Assembly: GCA_024679065.1 (NCBI GenBank)
Contig: JAGIQG010000007.1
Coordinates: forward strand, 43,214,001 to 43,278,000
Reading direction: 5' to 3'
DNA length: 64,000 bases
From: Sphyrna mokarran
Lineage: Eukaryota
The number at the start of each line of letters is the position of its first letter. The first letter of the stretch is position 1. The position numbers and the translations under genes were made by a program. Positions 12,145 to 24,745 of the stretch are shown here, piece by piece. The notes under the pieces were generated by a model that searched no databases, was not told the DNA's origin, and saw nothing but the letters and a program-made list of their open reading frames with translations.

Positions 12145-15100
12145 GTAAGTGTGATTTTGCAGCATTTGCTCTGCTATTACTGATTTCCCCCCACCGATAT
12201 TAATTTAGCACTTCTATTTAAGCAGTAAGTTATTCGTTAAACTAATGCAGTGATAAAGACTTTTTTGGGGGGTGGGGGGATTGAGTTGTGACTTCTGTTG
12301 TAATCATTTTTTGCGAGCATATGTGCTGAATCTGAATTAAATGTTTGTATATTTGCACTATTCACCAAGTTTTTTGAAGAGAGAGGCATAAAACACCAGA
12401 TAGTGATTTTGAAATTGCACAACTATTTTAAGAAGCTTACCTATATTGTCTTCTGTCTACTCAGACTGAATAGGATTGTGCACTTTTAAATTAATTACCT
12501 CGAACAATCATGGTCTTCACTTGACCTTCCTCCTTCTGTCAAAACAACATATTCCCATTCATGTTTTTATTTTCCTAAAAAAATCAGAAAGTCCATTTGC
12601 TTGGAAGTATGACAAAGTATGATGTAGAAATCGTCAAGTGATTCGTTTGATCTTTGTAGTAATTTGATCTATTAACTACTATTTAACTTGCTTGTTGATG
12701 GGCTTTTGTTGGTCTATTTTTGGCACTTAATCCTGTTATCTAGGAAGCTTTACATCTGGCTTTGTTTTGGAACGGCTACAATTATGTGATATAGCAATAA
12801 CAGAAAGGGGCAAGTGGGAAAATGGCTCAACCTGGAGAGTGAGTTGCAAGGCAGTCAGCTCTGACCACCCTTTCCTGTCAAATCCTGTTTTCCCCTTATA
12901 CAAGAGATGTGCTCTAAATGCAGGGCATTCAATGCAAAGCTCAATTCATTAAGATTCTTAGTGACTGCATCACTTGCGAGCAGCTTAAACTGAAAGAAAG
13001 TTGGCATCTGCAGTTTTGCATTTGAAAACATTAGCTGTCACAATTGACAGTTTCATCTTTTTGATTCACTTTCATGATTTTCCCAATGCAGTTCATTAAT
13101 GGAGATCTTTTGGTTGTTAAATGGAAGGTTAATATATTGTTTTGAGCTTTGGATTTCAATTAAAACACTTGGTCTTTGTTCTGTGGGAACTTGTCATGTG
13201 CTGTGATCAAGATGCCTTATCAGTTAAATAAAAGGTGACTTAGAACTTGAATGTTTGGAGAGGCTAGTTCTCATGATCATGAGCAGGTAATATATGTGAA
13301 TAAGCAATTGATGTTTGTGGTTTGACAAAATCTGAACATTAGTTTATACAAAAATCGGGAGCATATTTTTATGAATGTGTATCGGTTATGTCTTATCAGC
13401 AGCAAAACATTTAAATTTAGGGAGTACTTATTTTGAATTCTGAACTGTTTCCAATGATTAGCTGTTCTTAGTTTGGCCTAATCAAAGCACTGCTTAAATT
13501 AATTCCATTTCGTCTATTTTGTATCTAAGAATAACAATAATTTTCTGTTATAGGTCTAGTATTGGAATTCTTTCCAAGTGCATTTCTGGGGGTTTTGGTC
13601 AGGAAGCCTGTTTCCCACCTGTTGCATCCTAAAACATTTCAATCAAGTTTGTTTCTGTCTTTATGGATGGTGGGTCACAGCAACATAAAAATAATGCAAT
13701 TTTGTTTTCCAAGAAAACAAATGTCATTTTAGTCTGTTGTGTTCATAGTCAACAATGAGACTAACTGCTGAATGAGGCTGAAATAGTTTTATATTTGTAT
13801 TATATTTAAAGAATGTACATGATTTAAAAATAAAAATTGATCATGGCATTAAATTACAAAGGTGAGAGTAATTTCACATCCTCAGGATGTGACAATTCCT
13901 AGTTTGAATTTGATCACTCAACTGTTCCATTCAAAAAACAATTACATATAGGACACAAATCTTAACGTGCCAGCAGCAATCCTTCACCATTTTTCTTTCA
14001 CGAATCCGAGATGTCATTGCAACAAAAATGTGCTTTTGTCTTATCTTAAATTTATGAATTATGTAACATTTTAAAAAATGCTAAGTATCAATAGTTGATG
14101 CACCAAACATTGTTGCTTGAAGAAATATATTAAAGCACTGAAGTTTTCTTTTGTTTCCCTACACTACATTTTGGATCCAGCGACATGACTGTAGTTTGCT
14201 GGAACCCTAGCTGTGCTATATAACACAGAACAGAATTTTGATGTATGTAAATACTGCATGTTATGAACCAGTGCAGAGTACAATGATGTCATTGGGTCCA
14301 GAATTTACTCTGGGAAGGAGAAGGAACAGCATCCCCTAGTGAAAATACAGTGTTGGAATTGGTGCTTTTTCAGAACAGAGCAATATAATATCCTCTCCAG
14401 GATTATCTTTGCGAATATACTATTTGACACTTACCACTTTTTAAGAAAGCTATCTCTGCAAAGAATTTCACTACCTCACTAGCCATACGTTATAGGTTTG
14501 CAATCTACAGAATCTATGAAGTAGATCTAGTATGCAACTATTTGAGCTCTAATCATGAAATAAATTATAGGCAAAGACATTAACACTTGATTGTTGCTTA
14601 AGCTTTAATAATAATGACATGCTGTTGCAAATTTTATCTAACTTTTATATTTTTATACTTATGTTAAAAGAGGGAAGAGTATATATGTTTTTGAGATAAT
14701 TAAAACATTCTATGATTATTTTAATATTACTACGTTATTCCTATTTTTAAATTTGTCATATATGCCTTATTAACGGCATATTGGTTGGGTTTGTGTTTGG
14801 TGGGCATATAATTGAGGGAACATCAGTTTAATTTGTTCTGGGTAATTGTATATACTAAGGGCTATTTACATGGTGTTCAAACAGAACAAGTCACTTTGCC
14901 CAACTTCAGTAACCATCTGCAAGTGTAGAGGGCTTGCACCTGTCAGTCCACACTAATTATAGATTAGGGTCAAAGAAATGAAATATGAGTATTTGCTGTC
15001 GGTGATTACTCCAACACTTCCAGAAAATGAATATTTAGGACAGGCATGTTTGTCCTCAGCAAAATGCAATGTGGTCATATGATAACTACATGAATATTTT

Positions 15101-15634
15101 TGATGCTCATTTCATTTTGAGGTTAATGTTTTTTGGCAATACACGCAAAAGCTTCTTATAATAAAAGCTGCTACTGTAATCCTAAAATTCAAGGAAATAA
15201 TTTGTCTGGAGTAAAGCTGTTCTCACAAGGTCACTTTTTTTCAGTTGAATATTATTTTAGTCTGTCGTGTCCACAGTCATATCAATGAGGCTTCCGTGTT
15301 ATTGGATTAGTTGAGGATTTGTGACAGACCTCTTTTATCTGCCATATTCATAGTGGTGCCAAGCTTTTCATCAGCTCCTTTTTTATTACAGTTCTGCTTT
15401 TCCACTCACATTATGGCAATGTGCTCTCACAATTTGAGCAGCTTTCCACCAGGTGACAGGTGTCCTGCCCGGCTGCAGTTGGCCGGGAGTCCATTTTCTA
15501 TAATCCTCAGTCCGTGTTTTCCCTTTGAGTTGCCAATTAACTTCTCACACACCCTCTGTTTATTTTCCTGGATCCATCTGGGCTGAGCTGATATTGTAAT
15601 CACTCTAATGCACATTGCCTTCCCTTCACACACA

Positions 15635-15729
15635 ATGTGCCATCATGACGAGCCTTTTATTTTAGATAAGCCGAGGAAGTGTGTTTAATGAATACAAACC
15701 CGTTGTGCTGGTGTGCACTCTGCCAGAAG
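15635..15729 (+). other. RUNX1T1: RUNX1T1 alternative first exon, homologous to the human MCHPDK..LPE exon but frameshifted (probably 5' UTR/uORF here)
   Basis: The ATG frame reads MCHHDEPFILDKPRKCV*. The +1 frame reads SVFNEYKPVVLVCTLPE-G|gtaatc (phase-1 donor at 15730). Both halves match the recalled human N-terminus MCHPDKAFTSDKLQCVFNEYK...LPE-DRTEK. Confidence 0.65.
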
Positions 15730-18700
15730 GTAATCTCCATGAATAGGTGCTTTCAGTATTTGGAGGAGATGCATAAGTCGATAAGGCTGGGAGTGAAGAT
15801 GTAACCTGTTATCTGCTGCTCCTCTTGCTGGCAGTGAATTTACATTTAAAGATTAACACTGAAGAAAAGCTGCCTTTTGACAAGGTTAGGTATCATTCCT
15901 GGTCTTGACAGTATCTGACATCGCCTAAACCATTTCTGCAGGACTTCTAAAGGTGAGATTACCAGAGTCGTTATCTTTAATTGGGTTTAGCATTCCATCT
16001 CGACTGCTTTCTATAGTGTAGAACTAAGTACTGGGAGATGATAATGGAGAACAAAGGATTATTTATTGATGTGGCTTTATAACCATTAGAATACTAAAGA
16101 ATATGGTCAGGGTAATGACTTGATTTGCTATTTCATTATGTGTAAATTGCCTGAAAATAGTCTTGCCTCTCACAGAAAACCAATAAAGCTCTTGAATGAA
16201 GAGGCAGAAAGCCTTTGTCTTTTATTTTTGATGGCATACATTTGATAGCACTCGCTCTGTTATATTGTCTGCTAGAGAAGCTAAAGAGACCAGTGTGGAT
16301 TTGTTTAAATATAGGTAGCAGTGCACGAACACCCTACAGCACATAAAAATGTTTATATCTGGATTTATTACAATTCAAAAAAAATAGAATAGGAAAAGAT
16401 TAATTGAGATTCTTTTTCATGGAATAAATATTTGTGTTTTAGGGAAGAATTACAACTAGTCAATATATTGAGACAATAGAAATCATTACTTCTGAGTATA
16501 TTGACATTTTGTGTTTGTGGCTGGCTCAGTCTGCGATGAGATATTTTAGGATCTCACTGGTTACAGTACACAAATATTGCTGTAACTGACCTTTTATGTC
16601 CTTAGACAACCCATTTGATGTTTGCAGATTCTTCCTAGGGGGTTATTATTTGAACAAGGGTATTACATTACTCAAGATACAAATATGCCGGCTTCTAACA
16701 ATTTAAAGCTTCTTTAATTGTTCCGTGTATTTTATTATGCAATAAAAGTGAAGATGGAAATTTAAAGCCAAATGTAATCCTGGTCTTTCTGAATTATCTG
16801 TCATGTAATTTTTGATATGTGGACGACTTTTAACAATGTTCGAGGCTGAGGTTTGTATGATTTTCATAAAATTGTTTAGCTTCTGTTTGATCAGCAGGTG
16901 CTGCCGAGATGAAAGCCATGTGCAAATTATTTCAAGGCTAAAAAGTGTCGATTGAAAATGAATGTGATAAAAGAAAGAGCAATCCATTTTCTGTTTTCAA
17001 TTTGTGCAAAGTTTGAAGAGCTATTCTGCTAAACTGACAACATCTGTTCCATTTTGAATATTGCAGTGAATCCCCCTATAAATAAAGTGATTTTTATTGG
17101 TCTAAGTAGCCTGAGTTTTCAAAATAGCCAAAAATACATCTTTAGAGAATCTTGGTGGTAACTTGTCACTTCATGGTATCTTCCTTGTACCGATTATTAT
17201 GGAGAGAATCTGAAGGTGGTGGTGGCACCTTTTTTTTAAGGCATGACAGGCCTTTTGCAATGATATACTTAACTGTGCCAATACTCTGGTTGCAAGTAGG
17301 TACCTGGATTATTTATTTGTTTGGTTTCCGTTTTAAAGTGGCATCCACACGGATGCTCCAGCTTTTAAAATGGATCCTGCTTTTGACTTACCTTGTTAGA
17401 AGTGTCTGAGCAGTTTGGTCTTATAGCGTTCACCCACTGTATCTTAACTCAATTTTATTGAATTTTGTGACTTAGCACAATTGGAGCTGAGAGTAAAAGC
17501 AGTTGATTCTCAAATCTCAGTTCCCCAAGAATCACTACAGGTTTCCAATTCTAGGCGCTGCCTTTCTCATCTGCAGTTTGGTAAATGATGTTTTTCCAAC
17601 GTTCAAATACATAAATTCTGCACTATCAGTTTTTCCTGAAAGAAACACTTTATTAAAATTTCAGCATTTTTGCAGGCACAAAGTTTGTACACTTTTAATC
17701 AGCAATACAAAACAAATGTTTCATTTCAGAAAATGAAGTGAAAGATGTGAGGTATTGAAAGGTGATGGAAAATATTAATGCGAGCCACTATAAGAAAAAT
17801 CAATTTTTGAAAACTAAATGCCTTCTAAAATAGCAAACTCCACTGAGCGGGAGAGTACTTGCTCAAGTAATGCCTTAATAGCTTGCTGCTCGAGTCCACT
17901 GATTGCATTAGTAATGCCGTTTAAAATAATCAACACAACAATGAACTGTACAGGTACAATTAAAATACTTGTAGGAATATTCTGAAAGGAGGAGAAAGGT
18001 TTGGTGGGACCCATCAGACCAAAGCAGGAGAAGAAAAATTACAATATTTTTGTGTTTAATTGGTATTGAGTTGCCCGAAGGCTTTTTGAAACTTGGTTTG
18101 CTACATTGCTTTCATGGTCAAATGCACAGCAGATGAAATCAGAAAATCATGTTTGCAGCTGGGCAATTACAATGGTGCCCAAGATCTGTGACTATCGAGC
18201 ATGAACGCAGATGCCTTCAAAGTTATATTTTCTTGCATGTGGAGGTTGTTGGCATGAAACAGATGCCTTCATTTTTTTTTGAGAAGTCAGCCTGTGGATA
18301 TAATTGGTTCTCTCTTCCCATCCTCCAGGGAGAGTCTCTCACAGATGAAATCAGATGAGAAAAATTTTGCACAAAGCAAACGTATTCATGGTTTAAGCAC
18401 CGTATGCTGCAGACACAGTCAATGACTAGATTCCTCATATTAATGGAATAAGAAATAACAATGTGTGTACAGTTTTTTTTCAATTTTATTCCTGTAATAA
18501 AATCAATTTGATGTTAGTGTAGCCAATATGTATATGCATCAGAACTAAATTGTATATATAATAATACAATTTTAAAGCCCTTGTCTGGCAAAGCAAAGCT
18601 TTTCCAAAATGAGTACATTTTAGCATATGGTTGGAATCAATCAAAAAAATCTTGTGTATGCAACTGATTACATTACCATCTGTCATAGAAAGTCCTCAGT

Positions 18701-20037
18701 TGGCATTTTTTTTTACATACTGTCAGAGCCACAAGAACCATTTTTTCAAAAAAAAAATAGGCAGTTTCTTTATAGTAAGGAAAATTTGGGTTTCAATCTA
18801 GGTAAACATATGGGGCTGAATTTTCCCGCCAACTTCCCCTGACTTTGAGTCAAAGTGGGAATTTTGAATCCATTGCATGCAGACAGCAAGGTCGCTGTCA
18901 CAGTCATCCAGAGGCTGGACTCCTAATTGGCTGCCTCCAGGTTTGCCATCCTATTAAGGTGTACAGGCATGCTCTCAATGCTGTTGGCAGGAATCCTAGG
19001 ATCAGTAGATCTAGAGTCACTGTAGTAATTACAAGGATTGGTGATCACCACTTTTATATGACAAACTATATTGCTTTATTTACAAGCAAATAATAGGGTA
19101 CTTTCACAGTGTTAACACTTCCAGTCAAGGATTTATTCTGGCTGCAAAAGCCCACACTCTACACTAAAATCTCTCTGCTCGTTCCACGTTGGACGATCAG
19201 GTCACATGATCTTGCCAATGTACTCCCCTTAAAGGGGCCAGCTACTAGACCCCTCCCCCTTTAAGTCCCTTATTGTATAAATTTCTAAAATGATAGTAAT
19301 AATGAACATTTTTAACACAGTTCATCAGAAACTCAGTCTGTTGGGGAACTTTCAGTTTCTCTGGAAGAGGTGTGGCTCAGCTGGTTGAGGTTCAACTGTT
19401 GAGATGGTTTCAATTGGACTTGCTTCAGTCGGACTTTTCTGAAATCTCTGCCTCACTCTCCACTAGTCCCTCTGTTTCATTGGGGGCAGCACTTTGGCTG
19501 ATCAGTCACTTCATTCCTTGGACAAACAACAAGACTACTTGTTATCGCACTGGCTCTTGGGATGGCTTCTGTCTCTGCAAGTGACCTTTGTGTTTCTTCG
19601 AAAACTTCCCCTGCACTTTCACCTCATAGAATAGTGCCCGTGATCTGGCCACAGCAACTACTATGACCAGTCCAAAGTTCCTTACAAAAAACTGGATCAT
19701 CCATCTCAAATGCTCTTTCCACTTTTGACGAATCATAATTCCTTTTTTGACAACTCTGCCTTGTCTTCACCCTCCCCGCCGATTTGAGAACTGTAAGGCT
19801 CAACCTAGTTCTTATGTATGGGCCCATCTGCAGCTCAGCTGGACCTATTCCAGTGTGGTATGTAGGTGGTTCTATAGACTAATAGAAATTGTACTATCTT
19901 ACTTTCTAGTAATGCAGATGGTTGCTTCTTCATGTCAATCTTAAATTATGTATTTGGCCAATCCATTTGAAGAAGAGTGATAAAGAAAGTTTGGATATGT
20001 TTTACACCATTCAATGTCTGAAATTCAGCACTTGTGA

Positions 20038-20718
20038 ATACAAAGAACAATACAGTACAGGAAATAGGCCCTTCTGCCCTTCAACCTGCGCCGCTCATTG
20101 GTCCAACTAGGCCATTCTTTTATATCCCTCCATTCCCAAATTAGACTTAAACGATCCCAGCGTGTCCGCCTCCACCACCCTGCTTGGCAGTGCATTCTAG
20201 GCCCCCACCACTCTCTGTGTAAAATACGTCCCTCTATCGATATCTGAGTTAAACCTTGTCCTTCCCCCCTCACCTTGAACCTGTGACCCCTTGTGTTTGT
20301 CACCTCCAACCTGGGAAAAAGCTTCCCACTATTCACCCTATTCATACCCCTCATAATTTTATACATCTGTATTAGGTTTCCCCTCATTCTCCATCTTTCA
20401 AGGGAGAACACCTCCAGTTTACCCAGTCTCTCCTCATAGCTAAGACCCTCCATACAACGCAACATCCTGATAAACTTTCTCTGTACTCTCTCCAAAGCCA
20501 CCACGTCCTTCTAGTAGTGTGGCGACCAGAACTGGATGCAATATTCCAAATGTGGCCTAACCAACGTTCTATACAGCTAACATCAAATGCCAATTTTTAT
20601 ACTCTATACCCCGTCCTATAAGGACAAGCATGCCATATGCCTTCTTCACCACCTTCTCTATCTGTGCTGCCACCCTTCAAGGATCTGGATTTACACACCC
20701 AGGCCCCTCTGTGTGTCT
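20038..20718 (-). mobile_element. CR1-type LINE 3' fragment inserted in the Gypsy integrase
   Basis: ALERVQRKFIRML..LSYEERLGKL..FSLE..RMRGNLIQMYKIM..TRGHRFK; 3' tail near 20040-20070. Confidence 0.9.
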
Positions 20719-21962
20719 GTAATGCCGTCCCTTTGTCCAAGACAAGTACTTCTGGTGTGCCATGGAAAGTGAAAGAGTGGTGCAATTTCTTGACTGTGGC
20801 CATTGAAGTTGTGGACCTCATTTCAAGTATTTCCATCCAATTCAAATAGATTTCCACTAATAAATCTTTGTCCAAATTTGCCAAATGTTCCTCCTTGGTG
20901 GACCCACTTATTAAGACATCAGCAAAACAGATGAAATTCTGGGTAAACCTTGCAGAAATTCTCCATACTTCGCTGAACAATGGTGCAAGCCAACAAAACC
21001 CCAAATGATAGGCATGTATATTAACAGTGACAATGTATATTGTCATTGTTTAATGACAGTACACAGCTCTTTATGTGTATTTATGGTGACATAAGGTTTT
21101 GATGTGTTATCTAGTTCTAATTGTTGACAGCGTGGTTCATGCCCAATTTGGTACATACCTGATCCCCAGACAACTTCACATACAAATCCTCTATTTTGGA
21201 TTTGGGTACCAATCCAGTTTTGCAGCTTGGTTTACCAACAGCTTATAATCCCTGCAGATATGGATGGTTTTGTCTAGTTTAACCAGTGGAACGATGGATG
21301 CTGCCTGTTCTGCAAATTGTACGGCCCTAATAATGCCCAAGTCTTCCAGCAATTCCAGCTCTATTTCTACTTCTTCTACTAATATATAAGGCATAGAACT
21401 AACTCTGAAAGCCCTTGGTGTGGCTTCTGAATCTAAAAGGATCCTAGATTGCAATCCTTTAATCTTTCAATCCTGTTGGAATACTTTTTGGTACTTCCCA
21501 ATGACCCTGTGCAGGCCCCTTTCTTTTATCTTAAAGATCTCTGCCAGTTCAGCTTAATCTCCTGGAGCCAATCATGTCCCATTAAACTTGGATCTTGGCC
21601 CAACACCACCATCAGTGGTAGATGTGCCAATTACTGTCTGTAACCCTCAGGGATTGTAGTTGTTCCTGCTATCTTTATGGCTTCTCTGGTAAATTAACTA
21701 ATCTTTTGCTGTGTTCATCAAATTCAAGGATTGAACTCCTTCTTTAACATAATCAGGTCCGCGCACTCAGTATAGCAGCTGACGCTGCCATGTCTACCTC
21801 TGTGATGTGATCTGCCTGCTTCCACATTGTTTAATGACATAACATTTTGTTCCTCTGCTGGTCATTTCTCCATGCTGTCCAGTAGGGCTGGATTATTTGT
21901 TCAGCTTGTACTGGGCTGGCCCTGCTTGCTCTTACATTTGTGTCTCAAATGACTTTTTTTTT

Positions 21963-22245
21963 TAGAATCATAGAATCCTAACAGTGCAGAAGGAGGCCAT
22001 TTGGCCCATTGAGTCTGCACTGACCACAGTCCCACCCAGACCCTACCTCCATAACTCCACGTATTTACCTTAGCTAGTCCCCCTGACACTAAGGGGCAAT
22101 TTAACATGGCCAGTCAACCTACCCTGCACATCTTTGGACTGTGGGAGGAAATCAGAGCATCCAGAGGAAACCCATGCAGACATGGGGAGAATGTGCAGAC
22201 TCCACATAGACAGTGACCCAAGACAAGGTCGAATCTGGGTCCCTG
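21963..22245 (-). mobile_element. HE1-type SINE, 5'-truncated
   Basis: Reverse-complement tail agaatcatagaatcc..gcagaaggaggccatt, V-domain and B-box region. Confidence 0.9.
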
Positions 22246-23452
22246 ACGAACTATAACTGTTTATTCACAAACACATAACTATACAGAGTATTTTCACAAT
22301 GTTAACACTTCCAGCTCTAGCATTCACTCTGGTTGCATTAACCTGCGCTCTCCATGCTCATTCCACATTGGAAGGGTCATATGATCCAATTGCCCAACGT
22401 ACTCCCCTTAAAAGGGCCAGCTATACAGCCACATAGCATCACTGAAAGGGATTGGGACACTGTTGATGCAAGTTAATGAATGCAAGCTCCCTGGCCTGCA
22501 CAGAAGTAATAGGTGAATTGAAGTAGAGTAAAACCCAGAACAGTCTTGGTCCTGGTTGCAAATGCAGATCCCTCTTTGTGGCATGGAGCCTGTGAGTCAA
22601 ATGGCACAGTGATAACCATTGGCTAGTGCCATCTGGAATTGTGGGGGTAGGGTGGGGTGGGGGATATAGCTTCACTTTTGGTAGAATGGCCAAGGGTTAT
22701 AGGATTTTCTTAAATTGAGGTTTTAACTTTACAAATTGACCAACTACCTCATGGAATGGGCAACCACTTCCGCAGCCCAGCACTTCATAATGGCAGGAAT
22801 GTATCAGAGAGATGTCTGCCACAGCTTCTAGCTGTTTCCTTCTTCCCTCCCACCTTCAAGCCTGGCACCATGGGGCCAGGAAAATTCAGCTCATGGCTTG
22901 CATTCCATCAGAAGAGCCGATAGGAAAAATTATGAATTGTGTATAATAGAATGATAACATTTCAATTTACTGCATTTGCTCACTAAAATCTGGTCTATCT
23001 TATGGCCAATAGCACTTACCTTTTCATGTTTCAATAATATTTTAAAGAAAAAAGCCAGGGGGGAGTGAAATTCCACAAGTTGATAAATTTAGTGGAAGAT
23101 GCCAGCATTTCCTGTTTTGTGTCTACACTGAGGTTTTTGGTGAAATTATTATCGGCAGGGATTCATACGTTTAGCTATTTATTAGAATTTGGCAACTTGG
23201 CAAATAATTTGTGTTTGTGTTAGATTGTGAAATTGTTGCTACTTGAAACAACTTGGCAATCTGTTTTGGTTTCTTGTGCTCTGGAATTTGCCACATTTGC
23301 ATTGTAAGGTAGATATCAGCAATTGAATATCCAGAATTTTCATTATAAACTGGCAACATATGTTACCCTGGATATTTCCTGATGTTTGCTGGGAGAAGTG
23401 CTGGACTTTTCATAATGTATTTCTCGAGGTGGTATTTTTTATGGCCCAAGCA

Positions 23453-24340
23453 TTAAATGTGTGGAATTGGCAGCAGATAAAAGGCTCGTTCAACATGTTG
23501 CCCCTGTATTGATACAACAATGTTGCAGCAATTTATTCTAATTCCTTTTTGCTGCTCTCTCGCCATTATGTATTCTCGTTCGGGTACTTTGTTCAAAACC
23601 ATTTTACATGATGTAATAGCATCTGCCTCAATAGTCACTTGTGATAATAAACCCTGAATAGGAAAATATCATCCCGCATTCTTCTTTGCTCTACTTGTGA
23701 TAATGTTCAATCTGTGCCCACTTGTTCAAGGAAGATAATCTAATGTTTTTATAGCATCTTTTGTGTTCTCAAACCAAAGTGCTTCCAATCAATGCAATCA
23801 CTATTATTATTTGTATCAAACATATAAGCCAATTTTCACATAGCAAACTCTCTCTAACCAGAAAATAAAAGAATGACAAGATGATTTGTTTTTGGCTGCG
23901 GAAGGAAATTTTGGTCAGGACATTCAGACAATTTCCTGTTCCTCTTCAAATGGTACATAGAATCTTTTCTGCCCACGTGATTGGCAATAGGATTTGGTTT
24001 TAAGATCTCATCTACAAGACAGCACCTGTGGTAATGCAGCACATCTGAAGTATTGAACTGAAGTGTGAACCTGGATTATCATGGGGCTCGAAGCCACAAA
24101 TGCCTGATTTAGAGACAACGTTCTATGAACTAACACAAGTTGACATTGAACAATTTGCCACCCAGTGGAAACAATCTTTCAGTGTTTACCCTCGTGATCT
24201 GCTAACCAGTGGAAATGATTTTTCATTGTTTACTCTCTCAAAATCCTTCATAACTCTTTTGGAGTTGCCTTCTTTTTCCCTGCTGCCTAATAGCACTGGA
24301 ACAAAAATGGAGATCCAGCCATTACAATGGTCTGAATGAT
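23453..24340 (-). mobile_element. Old CR1-type 3' fragment, interrupted by a DeuSINE
   Basis: Degenerate CR1 3' remnants at ~23453-23730 and ~24155-24340 (..RVMKDFERVNNEKSFPLV). Confidence 0.5.
23745..24145 (-). mobile_element. DeuSINE (SacSINE1/AmnSINE-like) copy
   Basis: The reverse complement contains the Deu-domain pattern gtgctgca..aggtgctgtctt..gatgaga..taaaacc..aaaagat..tgaagag..cagg..tgtcctgaccaa. Confidence 0.75.
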
Positions 24341-24439
24341 AATATAACCTAGACTGTTCTTTATTGGAAAACTGAAGCTTTCTTCTTTTCATTTATATGG
24401 AGGTTGTTCTGTTAACTACCTTATACAGGTAATTTTCAT

Positions 24440-24745
24440 CTTTCTAAAGAGGCATTAAAGCAAGATGTTTGCCTTCTTGGACAGATGTAAAACATTGCAA
24501 AGCATTATATTGAAGAAGGGCAGAAGAATAATCTCTCGTGTCCTGGCCAATACTTATCCCTCAATCAACAACAGAAAAAAAGATAATCCACTTATTACCA
24601 TATTACTGTGTGTGCAAACTTAGTGTGCGCAAATTGTCTTCTTCATTACAACAGGGATTACATTTCAAGAAGCACCTCTTGGTTTTAATGTGCTTAAAAT
24701 AATCAATGGTCATGAGAGGAGCTATATAAATGCAATTTTCTTTAC
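24440..24745 (+). mobile_element. DeuSINE (SacSINE1/AmnSINE-like) 3' part
   Basis: gatgtaaaa..tgaagaagggcag..gtgtcctggccaatacttatccctcaatcaaca, plus the tail gctatataaatgcaa. Confidence 0.75.

Larger units (their letters stand above)
19021..22427 (-). mobile_element. Degenerate Gypsy/Ty3 LTR retrotransposon
   Basis: Diverged LTR pair ~19021-19247 and ~22246-22427 share gttaacacttccag and actccccttaaa..ggccagcta, with TG..CA ends. The minus-strand PPT is at ~19250-19263. Remnants include RT (AVQFAEQAASIVPLVKLDKTIHICRDYKLLVN..YP), integrase (HGTPEVLVLDKGT..FTSAEF) and protease (LMGHDWL). Candidate TSD gtcac/gccac. Confidence 0.85.
18813..22892. mobile_element. Non-autonomous TIR (Harbinger-like) element, split by a Gypsy insertion
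   Basis: TIRs gggctgaattttc (18813) and gaaaattcagctc (ending 22892), flanked by a 3-bp duplication ATG (18810-12 / 22893-95). Confidence 0.65.

Noticed and set aside
15857-15890. CTGAAGA-aaag(ctgc)cttt hammerhead-like motif
   Set aside because: There is no GAAA box or stems I/III, so it is a chance match.
24155-24240. ~45-bp tandem duplication (ccagtggaaa..tgtttac.ctc)
   Set aside because: It lies within a decayed CR1 fragment and nothing suggests function.
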